Shown here in pieces: positions 52,150-64,000 of a stretch of 64,000 bases of DNA. The stretch spans positions 2,846,630 through 2,910,629 of the forward strand of contig OZ199840.1 in the NCBI GenBank assembly GCA_964304625.1. The letters are read 5' to 3'. Position 1 is the stretch's first letter. Every line of letters starts with the position of its first letter. The DNA is from Kudoa neothunni (lineage: Eukaryota > Animalia > Cnidaria). A program made the translations under genes and the position numbers. The notes under the pieces are model-generated. The model had not been told where the DNA came from, ran no database searches, and saw nothing but the letters and a program-made list of their open reading frames with translations.

Positions 52150-54050
52150 ATATACTGTTTTTTCTTCATTTTGTTTGAGTAAGTTCTACAAATCAGTGGA
52201 AAACGATTTGTATTGGTTCCCTCCAAGTTAATTTAATTGATTAAGTATTTTTTCACACAACTGTTTGTTATTGTCGAATTTGGATTTTGAATTATTTTCA
52301 GGCGCTTCATGCAGGAAAATATTTTTGGGATCAACTTTTGTAAGGCTTGTTACAGGAGATAATTGATAATTCACCGGGATTTAATGGAGTTTCATAACTT
52401 GAATTTTTACATTCACTAACATCTCATAGTTGGTCAGTGTCTTCGTAAAACCATCTTCCAGTACTAAGGGATTCTCCAATTAAACGATTAGATTTTAAAA
52501 TGGAAAATAAATGCACAATCACACTTGTATGTATTGTCATTAAAATGCGTTATCATAGCCGAATTACACAAGTTATGTACAAAATATATGTTACGTAGTT
52601 TCCAAATAGTCAAACATTGGAGATTTATTATTTCGTGTTTTATTTTGTTGGAGGCAAACGTTGATAATTTGTTGATTATTTGTAACGCATCTTCATCGTT
52701 ATTTTGGATTTTTGTTTTCATCATAATCAACTCACTATTTATCAAACTTTCACTACAGACGGTCATACAATAAATTATTATAACATTTAATTGATTAAAA
52801 CGCGATCGCTTTGATAAAAATCGTTTTAATTTTCCATGCTCTTGTTCTACCCTATTGTTGGTGATAGAGCCGATTGTTAAAACATCTAGTCGAAGAAAAT
52901 GAGTCCATATAGGCTTGATGTTTAACCAATTTTTTAATCAATATTTGAAATATGATGGATGAGTTTCAGTGATTTCATTGATTATACGGTCGAACGACTT
53001 ACTACTCAACGTGTATATAAGTTTTTGGACAATTCTTTTAACTTTTCTTTTTTACTTTTAAGTATTGACATGACATCTAACATGGCTATATTTCTCTTCC
53101 TCGCTTTGTAAACATGGAAGGAACATAACAATACTCTAATATTTTCCATCATTTTCACAAAAGCGGAAAATATTCCGGTTACAATGGAATGGCATTCGTG
53201 CTTAACAAACGCGAAAAATATGGGACAACTCCTTCCATTAATGTCGATAACCGCAAAATTATAAAGCGGATAATGCCAGTCATTGACTTTATATGTTGCG
53301 TCAATGTGTATAACTTTCGGGTATTTTCGATAAATTTTTTTCAATGTTTTTGTGGTAAAACATATGTAATTTAGCTGATCATCGTCATATTTACAAAAAT
53401 CTAACAGGATATCATCCCCATGTATATTATATAATTCATCAAAATTGTTTGAGAGTTTTGGTGATTTATATTTTAAATTTCTAACTTTTTTGAGATTAAT
53501 GAGGATGTTTAGATCGGCTTCAAGTGATAGCTTAGCTTGTTTATTATCACAACCCCAATTAAAATACTTCTCAAGATTCTCTCGAATGGACATTGGCAAT
53601 TTTTGGTTATGTTTATAACATAGAATATTGAATCGTTCATGGTTGTGCACTACATTGTACATTGGAACGTACAAATAGCTATCAGTATTCGAGATAATTA
53701 TAAAAGCTTTGTAGCCATTAGCCAGCTGTGAGCCTGGTCTAATTATATTTTCTCGTAATTTTCTATTATATTCGTGGGGAGATATATATTTTATATAACG
53801 ATATTGCAACTCGTTTCAATCAGTTGACTAATGCTTGATGCTTCATCCGACACGATAAGTATAACCAGATTTCTATTTCTATAAGGAGTTTATAATTGTT
53901 CTCTTTACTTATAAACCTGAATGAAATATTCGGGAGACTATTTCATCTCTGAGTAAGAATAAAAACGACATTTGAATAACTCGTGTTCCTCCATGCTTAT
54001 TCCACGCGATAAGTTAACGTCTCTCGTATAATATCTATTCATATTGTTAT
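52150..54050 (-). pseudogene. SWIM-type MULE transposase relic
   Basis: YPKVIHIDATYKVN, VLLCSFHV, TNNRVEQEH and YKCDC motifs. Same family as the 13.6-14.6 kb relic. Confidence 0.85.
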
Positions 54051-55145
54051 TGTATTTTTAACTTATAAGAATAGCATTACTATGTTTGTAATGCAAATAG
54101 TCACTATCAAATTTAACATATTTCTGTCAACAGGGGAAGAGATTTCATAATAGGAACATGTGAAAAATGAAACAATAATAAAACAGTTTATCTCTAATTT
54201 TTCACGCTATTCAAAGCATATACAGACCTAATTATTCTTGTTCTTCGCACACACGCAAATAAATGTCCAAAAAATATATCATTTGTAGATTTTTATTAAA
54301 TTTATTATATTATAAAATGTAAAAAATATCGCAAATAATTATATTCTTAACCTTAAGTGCAACAATTTTTATTATTTTCATACATTTTTGCATGAAAATA
54401 AAATGGCCACCTCCAAGTATTCGTGTAACTTTTTTCCTCGGGTGTTCGAGGCTTAATATAAACATATATATGGTTCTGATATCACTTAATTAAAATTGGA
54501 AAACTCTTAAAAGAAAAAAAGAAAATTGTTGGATTATATAAACTTGGTCCGAGAAATTGCGCTGATGTCTCCAAGTAAATTTTGGATCAATGTTTTCCAA
54601 CCTGGAGTCGTTTGAACGCCAAAAGAGCTCGCGCACCTATTTCAGAAGGCTAATATAAAAAAGGTTGGGAAACATTGACTCAGATTTTAAAACAACAAGA
54701 ATAATTATCCGAGGTAATACGTCCGAAATCGATTACATTATATGATGTAATCTTCATAAATTTCGATTCATGAAGTTTTATCCATGATAATGTAAAAATA
54801 TGATTAATTGAATTTTCTAGTTGCTGAACAACCCACAATAAGTTATAGTCTACTGTGATCAAAGAACCAACGCAATTAAAGGATTACTTTAATAGCAAAC
54901 AATAAAAAATCATCACCAAATATATTCAGCATTAAAAGACTTTTTATTTATTACATCAAACGAAGTAAGACGACAACAAAAATTAGGCCGACCAAACAAA
55001 ATCTATCATTATATCCTGACTAAGCGATCAAACAATTTCATAAAAGAAACAAGAATTTTGAGATATAATTGGAAAAAAAACTGGTAGGATCATTAAAAGA
55101 AATTTATAAATACTACATTAATATTCCAATGCAGTGGAGATAAAT

Positions 55146-56052
55146 TTATGCAGGTAGAGTTAATTTTTTACCTCGTAACACTAAAATACATGAATAAAAT
55201 AACAACAGGAACCCAATGTGAAATCATACCTTTAACGATGTAGAGATAGAAAAAATCCATATATAACAGTGTTTGAACAATTCCAGCAGCTACTGATATT
55301 ACGTCGAAATGATGTTCAAATAAATAACGATAGATCCAATTCAGAATGTATAAAGCACGATAGGATCCAAGAGCAAATAGATAGTGACCGGTGATGGTTT
55401 CAGCTTCTCCAGTCCTAGTTATCATCATGAGTTGGGGTAGGATAGCAACCGATTCGAGATAGATAGAGAATGACCACAGCAACTACACAATCAAAACCAC
55501 ATCACAAAATCAACCGTATGTATTCAATTACATCAATCAGACGATAACTATTCGGATAGAGCAATGTAAAAACAACACACGGAATAATTATGTAGCTCAA
55601 TGGAAATGTGTCATTGATTTTGTCGTAGGTAACAAAAAATTTTTTAAAAATAAGATAATTCGTCATGGTTAACGAGCTCACATACATCACTTTCATCACT
55701 GAATTGTACACGGAAACAAAATGGAAAAATATGTCCATATATCTGCAAAGGAAAACCAACAAAAATAGTGCTTGACTTTTTCCGGATATTCCTATTCAAT
55801 AAGTTAACAAATATCAACGTAGAACAGTTGGATCGGGATGATATTTAAAAATTGTTGGGAAACAACCGAGAACATTAAAAAACCCCTATTCAACTCAACG
55901 ACATTGCGTTTGATAAAAGAAATCACCATTCAACACAACAATCACCCCATATAACTCATACCTAAACAGGATCTTGTTGTCCAAATCTTCCATAGTAGGA
56001 TAACTATAGCAAATAGATGGGAAACATCACCGACCAATCGAAAAATATTCAT
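55146..56052 (-). CDS. KDELR: ER lumen protein-retaining (KDEL) receptor ERD2, 4 exons
   Basis: [49 protein letters not shown] and [11 protein letters not shown]. Confidence 0.97.
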
Positions 56053-58196
56053 ATCCCAATTGAAATGTCGCCCACTTCACCGCGTTATGTCGTATGTGAT
56101 CGTTGCTCCGTGGTGGTGTGATACGTAAGCACCGTGTTTCCACGGTTGGTATCCATTTGAAAATTGCTTATCGTGCAACATGCGTTCAGTTTGTGGTTGT
56201 TTTCTTTTCGATCGACTCTATTCTATTTAAGTGATTTGAAGAACATTATTTTTCGGTTATCTTAAGTGTTATCCGATTTCACCTAATTATAATGTTTATA
56301 TTAGCCAGCATGATTTAATAGATAAGGTAGGTTGTGTAAGAATTGTATTTTGGGTGAAATTTAATTCTTCTAATTGGCTGAATTTATTTTTTGATAATGT
56401 GGAACCTGTTAATTGCTCTATATATTACCATATTTTTGTTTTCGGAGAATCTCATGCATAAATTTATAAATTCATTAAAACGATAACTATTGTTAATGAA
56501 AACAATAAAATATGCAGCCGAAGTTCTAACCATAAGTGAAAAATTACGTCGTAGTTCTACGTGTTCATAAGTATTAGCCTCTTTGTTGAATGAATAAATC
56601 ACTTAATTATATTTAATTTGTGATCTCTATAAAAAACTTTTTAAAGAATTTTAAAGAGTAATCATTAAATTTAGAATCGTAATTTTTACAGAAAAACCCA
56701 TATACCATGTTCACTATAATCGTACGATGTCCAATGCCGTAAAACATCGTGGAATAGGCGAATCCATAATTCCATAATCACGGGTTTCTGTTTTTCTCAT
56801 AAATGACTTAGTGGACTCTGGCATCACGATATTTCATGAAATCGCTGCATTACGTGTAATGAATTTCTTTTCCCGTATTCGCGTTTATAAGTTTTTAGAT
56901 CTGTTATTAATTTCTATTTTATTTTAATCGTTATGCTCAAAGTAGAAATCAATTTAGTGTACATGGTTATTGATGAAATAAAAATTAATTCATGAATATT
57001 ATTGTTCGCGCCTGCGCGAACTAGTCGGATTTTATTAGTGATTTTCGAAGAAAAATCAACCATTTTATGCTATTATACGAGTAAAATTTTTATCTGAATC
57101 AAAAATTAACATCAATATTTATTCTTGGTGTGTTTCAATGCTTGAGATAATATTTTGGAGACAATTTTATCGCATCTATCATTGAAATCTATAATAAGAA
57201 CAATTTAGAATGGTAACACAAAAATAGATTTGGTTTAGTTTATACAATCAAAATTGATTTTAAAAGTAAAATATTATGTTAATGTTAGGTAACATAATTT
57301 TAAAGAGTTTAAGTTTGAGTAGGCGGTTTACGCTTTATTATTAATTGAGCAATTACAATAAATGGCTTATGTTTTGACTTTTTACGCAACTCGTGTATAT
57401 TTGAGTGATTCATTAATGTAACAAAGTGGCTATTTGTATTTTTTATATTATTCAGGTGCCATTAGTTTTGAGTATAGTTTATTATTGCTGACTCTTGAGA
57501 GCAAAGCAGTGGACTTGAAATAATTAGATATAATAGAATTTAAAAAATTAAGTCTGTATATAACTTGCAGGTAGGAGTTGTTGGGATTAAAAATTATCAT
57601 TGTCCATGCGTATATTGAGTTAAGGATTAGAATTTATTATCCAAATAGCCTTTGTTATTTTATTAGTTTTCGTTCATTGTTTCATTGCAGAGGTTAGAAC
57701 TAATTATATATTGCAGATTTTAAAGAAGTAAATCTTTTTAGGTCCTGTGAGTAAGAGTTTCTGGAATTAACAATTATAATCTCTGTCTATATGCATTAGT
57801 CATGAATTTCACCAAATCCACATAAAGCCGAGAAAAAATTGATGAACTCATTTTATCAAATGATTTTGTTATTCACAGTTTTTTATGATTTCCATACAAA
57901 ATTAATAACTCCAATAATACGAAAAATTCATTTAAATTAGAATTCAATTAAACAATAATTTAAAAAGTATGTGAATCTTGTTATTTACCTCGCACGATAG
58001 ATGGCGGACAGATAAGGTTGACGTCTGGCTCGTGGAACTTGGAAATTTCGAGTTCCAGCTCCAGCCCAATTAAGGCCATTACATTAACCATTTGAGGACA
58101 ACCATAGGCTCCATGCGTCACCTTTATATTATTTGTTGTTAAGTTGACTACGTTTTGAGTATTTTCACCGGAATTTTTACCCATTTTATTACACTA

Positions 58197-58722
58197 CAGT
58201 AGGTAACCGATTTTTTGCACATTTTCCCGCTTTAATCCTATTTTTTCTCTGATGAACATGCGATAAAATATTATGTTCCGTCTCATTCTACCTAAAACTG
58301 TTTTTATTAATCAAATTTTGTTATCTTTGATAAACGTACATATTGCTTCACGATAATTCGAACTTCCACATTGATACAAATCCCATTTACAAACATTTAC
58401 TGGCCATTTTATCATGTTATTTCCTGTATTTGCCGAAGGTATTCTACGTCAAGAGAAATACGAGAATTATAATAATATAATAATTAATGTAAACGTATTG
58501 ACGAGAATTCTTTTTTCTTAGAGTACATATCGCACATCCTATAATTTAGATTGGATCATAAGAGCCCTTAATTACGCTGTAAACTGAATGTAATATATTA
58601 TTTAATAATACAATTTAAATAAAATGGGAGTAGAATAATATCGTTGTATAAATTTGTAGGACCAAACTAAATTTCCTCCATGTGGCAGGCGCACAAGACT
58701 GTGAAAAATCGGTTACCTAATG
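58197..58722. mobile_element. MITE with Tc1/mariner-type termini
   Basis: TA|CAGTAGGTAACCGATTTTT on the left and AAAAATCGGTTACCTAATG on the right. A solo TIR copy lies at 59201. Confidence 0.8.
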
Positions 58723-58805
58723 CAATCCAAGTGTCGGAAACTTTTTTTGGTAGGAGAGCCATATATGTTTTAAACTTAAAAATAGAAGTATATGTGCGCG
58801 TTTAA

Positions 58806-61250
58806 CCCTTTGGACCCCAATGTTGCCATTTGGCACCATGTGTGTATCCTTTTAATTTTTGAAATGACTGCTCCAATTTTTGGATATTTTTAGTAAATTA
58901 TTTAAAATTAAACATAATGAACAAAATGTCATTAAATTTGTTGTAATATCATTGTTACGTTATTGCTAATCAATGGAGAATATTTCTCATCATCAATGCG
59001 ACTTCCGATTTTGCAGATGATTTTGAAGACTGAATGATATGTGGTAACATTAAGCCTCATGTAGGCGTTGAGACTTCTATCCATCAAACGTGACCATAGT
59101 TTTGTCTTAGTGTCTTTTAGATGTAGAAAGGCTGCTCACATGCATACGTATAGTCAAACATTGTCATTACTACAATACTTGCACGCTGCAGTGTGTAATA
59201 CAGTAGGTAATCGATTTTCCGTAGTGACCGTTACGCGTATTCACAAAAGAGTTTAATCTTCCAATTATCTAAATTTTCTAAAACTCGGTATATTCTTATA
59301 AAATTTCTTACACTGTATGCCTGCCGAATAAGTTTTGAATCATCATTAATGAATGAAAAATAAAATAAAAATTATACACTTGGTGCTTTTGGGGTCCAAA
59401 TGATCCACAATTTTATTTTATCATTTTATGTATAAAATTATAATAAAATGGAATTGAGAATATTAGCCAAATCTATGGACGAAATAAAGAGAAAAATGAA
59501 ATATATTCCGCCGATTATAATTCCGACTTCAATGAAATCATTGATTCCTCTGATTCTATTGATTTTTACATTAATCTTATCTTGGCTACAGAAGTCTTAA
59601 AAACCTCCAAAATACTAAAAGAAAACTTTATAAGGAAGGCCTCTAGTCTTAAGAATGTTGCCGCTCAGAGAATATTTAATATAACGGATTTTTTGATGGT
59701 GATTTATACAGAAATGTTGCGTGTAATACCAATATGTTTGTCTTTCATTATTATAACGATTATTGCAAAAAGCTTTCGGATATTGAAAATTGTTCTTACT
59801 ATGGTTAGAACATTTAGAGTTAATTAGAGTAATGTTCCGTGTATAATGAAAAAAAAATAAAACAAGGGAGTCATTTAGCACATTTTTTCTATTTAATGAA
59901 AAGATAATTTTAGCTAATTCAACAACTTATACAAATATATTATACAATGAAAAAAAGAAGCCAGGTAGCATAAATTATTATAACAAAATTAAATGAGCTA
60001 TTGACACGAATGATCGGATTTTCACCTCCACAAGTCTAAAAAGATATTCCAGACGGTGACTAGGAGTTATTCTTTTAAATATCGACATAAATCTGTCAAA
60101 CGTATTTTACCTATACAAAATCATATTCAACGATGGGAAAATCAAGAGTCTAATTTTTAGAGAATCTAGTTAGCACGTTCCGTCCCTTCAGCAGTTCCTT
60201 GGCGCTAAATTTGTAACTAAATCAAGAACAGGAAATCCAAATAGCATCAATATTGTTTCAAAATATCCCGTAAACAATGTGCTATAAACCCAAGAAACAC
60301 TGCTGCGAAAAACATTCCGAATGTGTTTGTTTAACTGTTCACTGGACGAAAATAAATGTTTGGATTACATTATACATTTCATATTTTGGCGTAGTGAGAT
60401 TTGTGTTTTGACGTAGATAATAAATTGTTAATTAGAGGCAGAGCATCGATTTTATTGTAGATCTGATATATATATATATATATATATAATGATACTACCG
60501 TTTCCTTAAACTCACAGATGACAATAATAGGTAAGTCACAGAAAGCAAATTTCAACGTTTACATTGATATATGCGTTTAGGTTGAACGTTAGATATATTT
60601 TTAGTCCATTTTGTTGATAACTGTTTTGCTATGCCGTAAATTTTTAATCTAATTAGTTATATTAAACCCTCAAAATGTTCTTCTAAGAACTTCAATGTTT
60701 GTACTCGCCAAGCGTAACACAATTGTTATTTTTAGTTTTAGTGTCTTTTTCTCGCGTAAGTTAAGAAATATAACAAATTATATACGAGATACTTTATAAC
60801 ACTTTATTTTAAATATTTCGTAAAAATTTATTTAACAAGAATATATATCCCCAAAATGTTTCGGGGGGATCGGAAAACATCGTCAGACATTTTTTGCCAT
60901 ATATTGTGCCGATTTGTCGATAGAATTTTTTTATTTTTGCATGATTAAGTTTTAAAAATTATTTAAATTCATAAAATTAAATAAAAAGTGGGGCCTAATA
61001 TACCCCAACAAGCATTAAGTGTATAGTCGATTTTAAAGCGCCCGGAAGATTAACAAATCATTTTTTTAATTGGAAATTTGTGTGCGAGCCATAAGTTCCC
61101 GATCCTTGCATTAGTCGATAAACAACAATTTACTTTTAAATGGGTAATATTCTGGCGGAAATACATAAAATATGACAAGTTTATTAACAGAATTTATTCT
61201 AAAAATAATAGAAAGGTGGACTCTTGGAGCCTAAGATTGTCCTTAAAGGG
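58806..61250 (+). mobile_element. Rearranged piggyBac relic(s)
   Basis: TTAA|CCCTTT...AAAGGG|TTAA. Internal KKKPGSINYYNK..AIDTND..KRYSRR motif (~59950-60060) and Cys-rich-tail remnants. Confidence 0.6.
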
Positions 61251-61254
61251 TTAA

Positions 61255-62100
61255 CCGTCGAAGGACCTTGTGTCGAAAAATTTAGAATGTGCCCATGGGT
61301 GTCGTTTTTGACCCCATAATTATTTTCGTATTTTATCGCATAATTGAATCAAAAAGTTATTATCGTAATTATTACTCATAACGCAGCTATATTAACCGTT
61401 TAGAAGTTTGTTTTAGAAAGAATAAAATTGAAAAAAAGTAATTAATTCTTCGATTAGATATAAACATCGGCAACAGAACCCATGTTATTATATGTTTTAT
61501 TATATTTACATTGTTGAATGTTTTTGAAAGTATAATAACGGCGTACAACCAAATATAGATAAGAAATGCACACATGCGACCATACAAGAAATCGGGCATG
61601 ATTTCCGGAAAAGTCGTTAATCACGTACTTGAAAATGAGGTCAAGTTTGGGTCACGGTTGTATATATTTATGTTTATACATTCAAAAAAAAATTAAATAC
61701 GACAAATTTACAATAGTTTTGTCTAACAAGAAATTACATTAATTCAGAGGCTTCCTAAAGAGAAAACCATTTTTTCAAAGATTACATCAATCGGATTCTA
61801 AACTACGTCTGACAATATGAAATATTTTTTTTGAATCCGTGTGACGAGCGAATAGGTCTCTTGTAGTTATAGAACCGTATATTAGTTTTTCGATCAATAT
61901 TTCGTGAACAAAATACACACTGTGATCTTTTGCATGGACCAATGCTTTTTGTGAATTAGACGTTTCGCCAATATCAATGCATTTATTAAATAGCTCAAAA
62001 CTATATTTTAAATGCGAATGATAATGACCCTTGAAAGTCTGGCGCAAATACTCACCGATAAGTTACGATGCCCCCCCCTCTGGGTTGGTACACTTTACTG
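61255..62100 (-). mobile_element. Further piggyBac-like relic sharing the TTAA at 61251-61254
   Basis: TTAA|CCGTCGAAGGACC end with a GGGTGTC..GACCCC subterminal motif, and weak FKG..KYSFELF..HSVYF similarity. Confidence 0.4.
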
Positions 62101-62943
62101 CAGTTTAGCTCCAAATTGTTGGTATCGTTATCAAAGGGAATTCCTAATTATAAATTTCTTCTTAAATTAGTAGCAAAAAAGTAAATCATGTACTTTGTTA
62201 ACTCCAAAAAACACATGTAACCGATAAATCTTAATTTAACCTTATGACGTCATCGTAATCCCTCGATAGGAAAAAGGAAAACCTACAATTAGAGCATTTC
62301 TTTAAGGTTTAATATATATCAATTGTGATAATATGTCGTTTTCTATTTTTCTATTTTAATAATTTTAATGCAAAGTTAAAACATGAAGTATGGAGAACTT
62401 TGTAGAGCATGTGCTCAATTACACAGACATTTTTTCTACGATAAATTCTCATATTTTTCAAAAGTTTGAGTTTATATAGTATAGGAATATATTTTATAAG
62501 ATTAAATGAACTTTTTATGGAAATTTATGAGGTTCTCATTTTTAAAAATAAGACTTATCTTGTAATTCCCTATTCATATAAAAAATTTTGTGGTTATTAT
62601 TTGAAAAGTTAAAATTGTATATTTTTTTATTATAATATCCAGTAATCTAAAAAGTCCGTTACTTGTTGTACCTCATGTATTAAACTACCAATGATAACAA
62701 ACTAAGGATTTCAGCTATCATTTTAACGATAGATATATAGGTCGATTGAAAAATTATTAAATATCAGTTTTAGAGTATCTAATAAACGATATATAAGTAG
62801 TAGCTCAAGAAAATTGAAAACAAGCATATAGGAACGAGTTTTTTGTCAGCTGTTGTGTTACAAATGTATTAAATGGAAAAAGTACAATTATAAGAAAAAA
62901 ATTGAATAGATATTAAAATAACACAATGAGAATTTGAGAAAAT

Positions 62944-64000
62944 CTACAAAAGTTTTTTATCCTCTAGATTGACAAAATTGAATCGGAATGGTTCGAGGTA
63001 TTTTTTGGTCCACTTATGAAAATCATAAAAGTAATAACCACCCTAACATATATATGTAAATTTAGATATCACGATATGAAATACTTCTTCGAACTCTGAA
63101 GTAACTAGGTCAGGTTCATTGGTGCGTTGGAACCAGGACTGAAGGATATTATGGAAACGCCAATTCCTGGATTTGATCACTTTAGCCGCCATATACTGAG
63201 CAAATGTGCCCTTAATTTTAATTCATAATCATATTCAGTCAACACTTAGATAAAAACTATACTTGGTAATGGTAGAAAATGAAAAGAAGCACATCGTTTG
63301 GAAGATTGAAGTAGAAACCTGGTGAAGCGAACAACTGGTTAGTGGTGATATTGTGACAATCAGGTGAGCAGATGGGGAACGATGTTAGACAATTATGTAG
63401 GATATGTTTAGTGTTGATAAGTTCGTCGTTGAACGCTTCAGCATCGTAGTTGTTGAAGGCATCGAATTCATCCACAAGGCGTTTATCGTTGGTGGTCAGT
63501 CGACGATTGAAGAATTCAGAGTAGATTTCGTTGGAAACATCTTTACAATCGGGCCAGTCGCTGCTCGAGGGGCAACTTCCACACGAGGAGTTGAATTGAC
63601 TACTGAAAAAGTAAAAAGTACGAGGGGTTTGTGGTGGAGAATCTAGTTAGATCGATTAGATCGGCATCTGTTTCGCTGGTTGGTGCGGGTGTGTAGTTGG
63701 ATTTTTTATTGCTCAGGTTCGAATTGAAAAATTGCGATCCAGAAGACGATAAACCAATAGTTTTGTAAAGTACTTCGGCGCTGTTGTTTCGTCGATGAGA
63801 CGGTGTATTATTGTTGTTATTCACACTCTTGTTAGAAGTGCCAATGTTATTGGGTTGTAAATTAGAGTTTTTTCTGCCAGCAGTGTTGATATTTGATGCA
63901 ATGACATGGTCTTTAGCGATCATGGCGGGGGCGTTGGTGGAAGAAGGCAGTTGAGGAGGTCGGAGTGGTGGATTTGTTGGTATAAGTGTGGCAGTGTTGG
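62944..64000 (-). CDS. CNOT3: CCR4-NOT subunit 3, 3' part (NOT box); the gene continues beyond the window
   Basis: Spliced C-terminus LLFIFYHYQ|GTFAQYMAAKVIKSRNWRFH..WFQRTNEPDLVTSEFEE|GGYYFYDFHKW..F..LED*, preceded by a low-complexity linker. Confidence 0.93.

Noticed and set aside
54400-54900. GC-elevated exon-like stretch (minus VRELFWRSNDSRLENIDPKFTWR)
   Set aside because: No consistent start or flanking exons and no recognisable family.
63760-63800. SHRRNNS motif suggesting an AAK1/NAK kinase tail
   Set aside because: The downstream exons encode an unambiguous CNOT3 NOT box.

Overview
This is an AT-rich eukaryotic window. SLC52 and EFHD/swiprosin genes point to a metazoan, and the compact, divergent genes with mostly 35-55 nt spliceosomal introns suggest a reduced parasite such as a myxozoan (inference). 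Positions 1 to ~26.7 kb hold no host gene I can recognise. They form a nested transposon graveyard: the 3' end of an LTR retrotransposon, several IS630/Tc1-like (DD34E) elements, MULEs, piggyBac, Merlin/ISXO2, two hAT families, and a decayed viral-type D5 primase-helicase fragment. Positions ~28-64 kb carry nine intron-containing host genes (ATG4, SAS10/UTP3, BUD32/TP53RK, SLC33A1, SLC52, WRAP53, EFHD, KDELR and the 3' part of CNOT3) between TE relics and MITEs. The standard genetic code fits. The most notable signals are: a Tc1-like element with a ~650 bp apparently perfect fold-back of its catalytic exon; the D5 helicase relic; a Tc1/IS630 lineage with two position-conserved mini-introns; strand bias of the TE block; a 19-nt intron in CNOT3; and a structured RNA candidate beside SLC33A1. 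All calls were made by eye, with no database searches.
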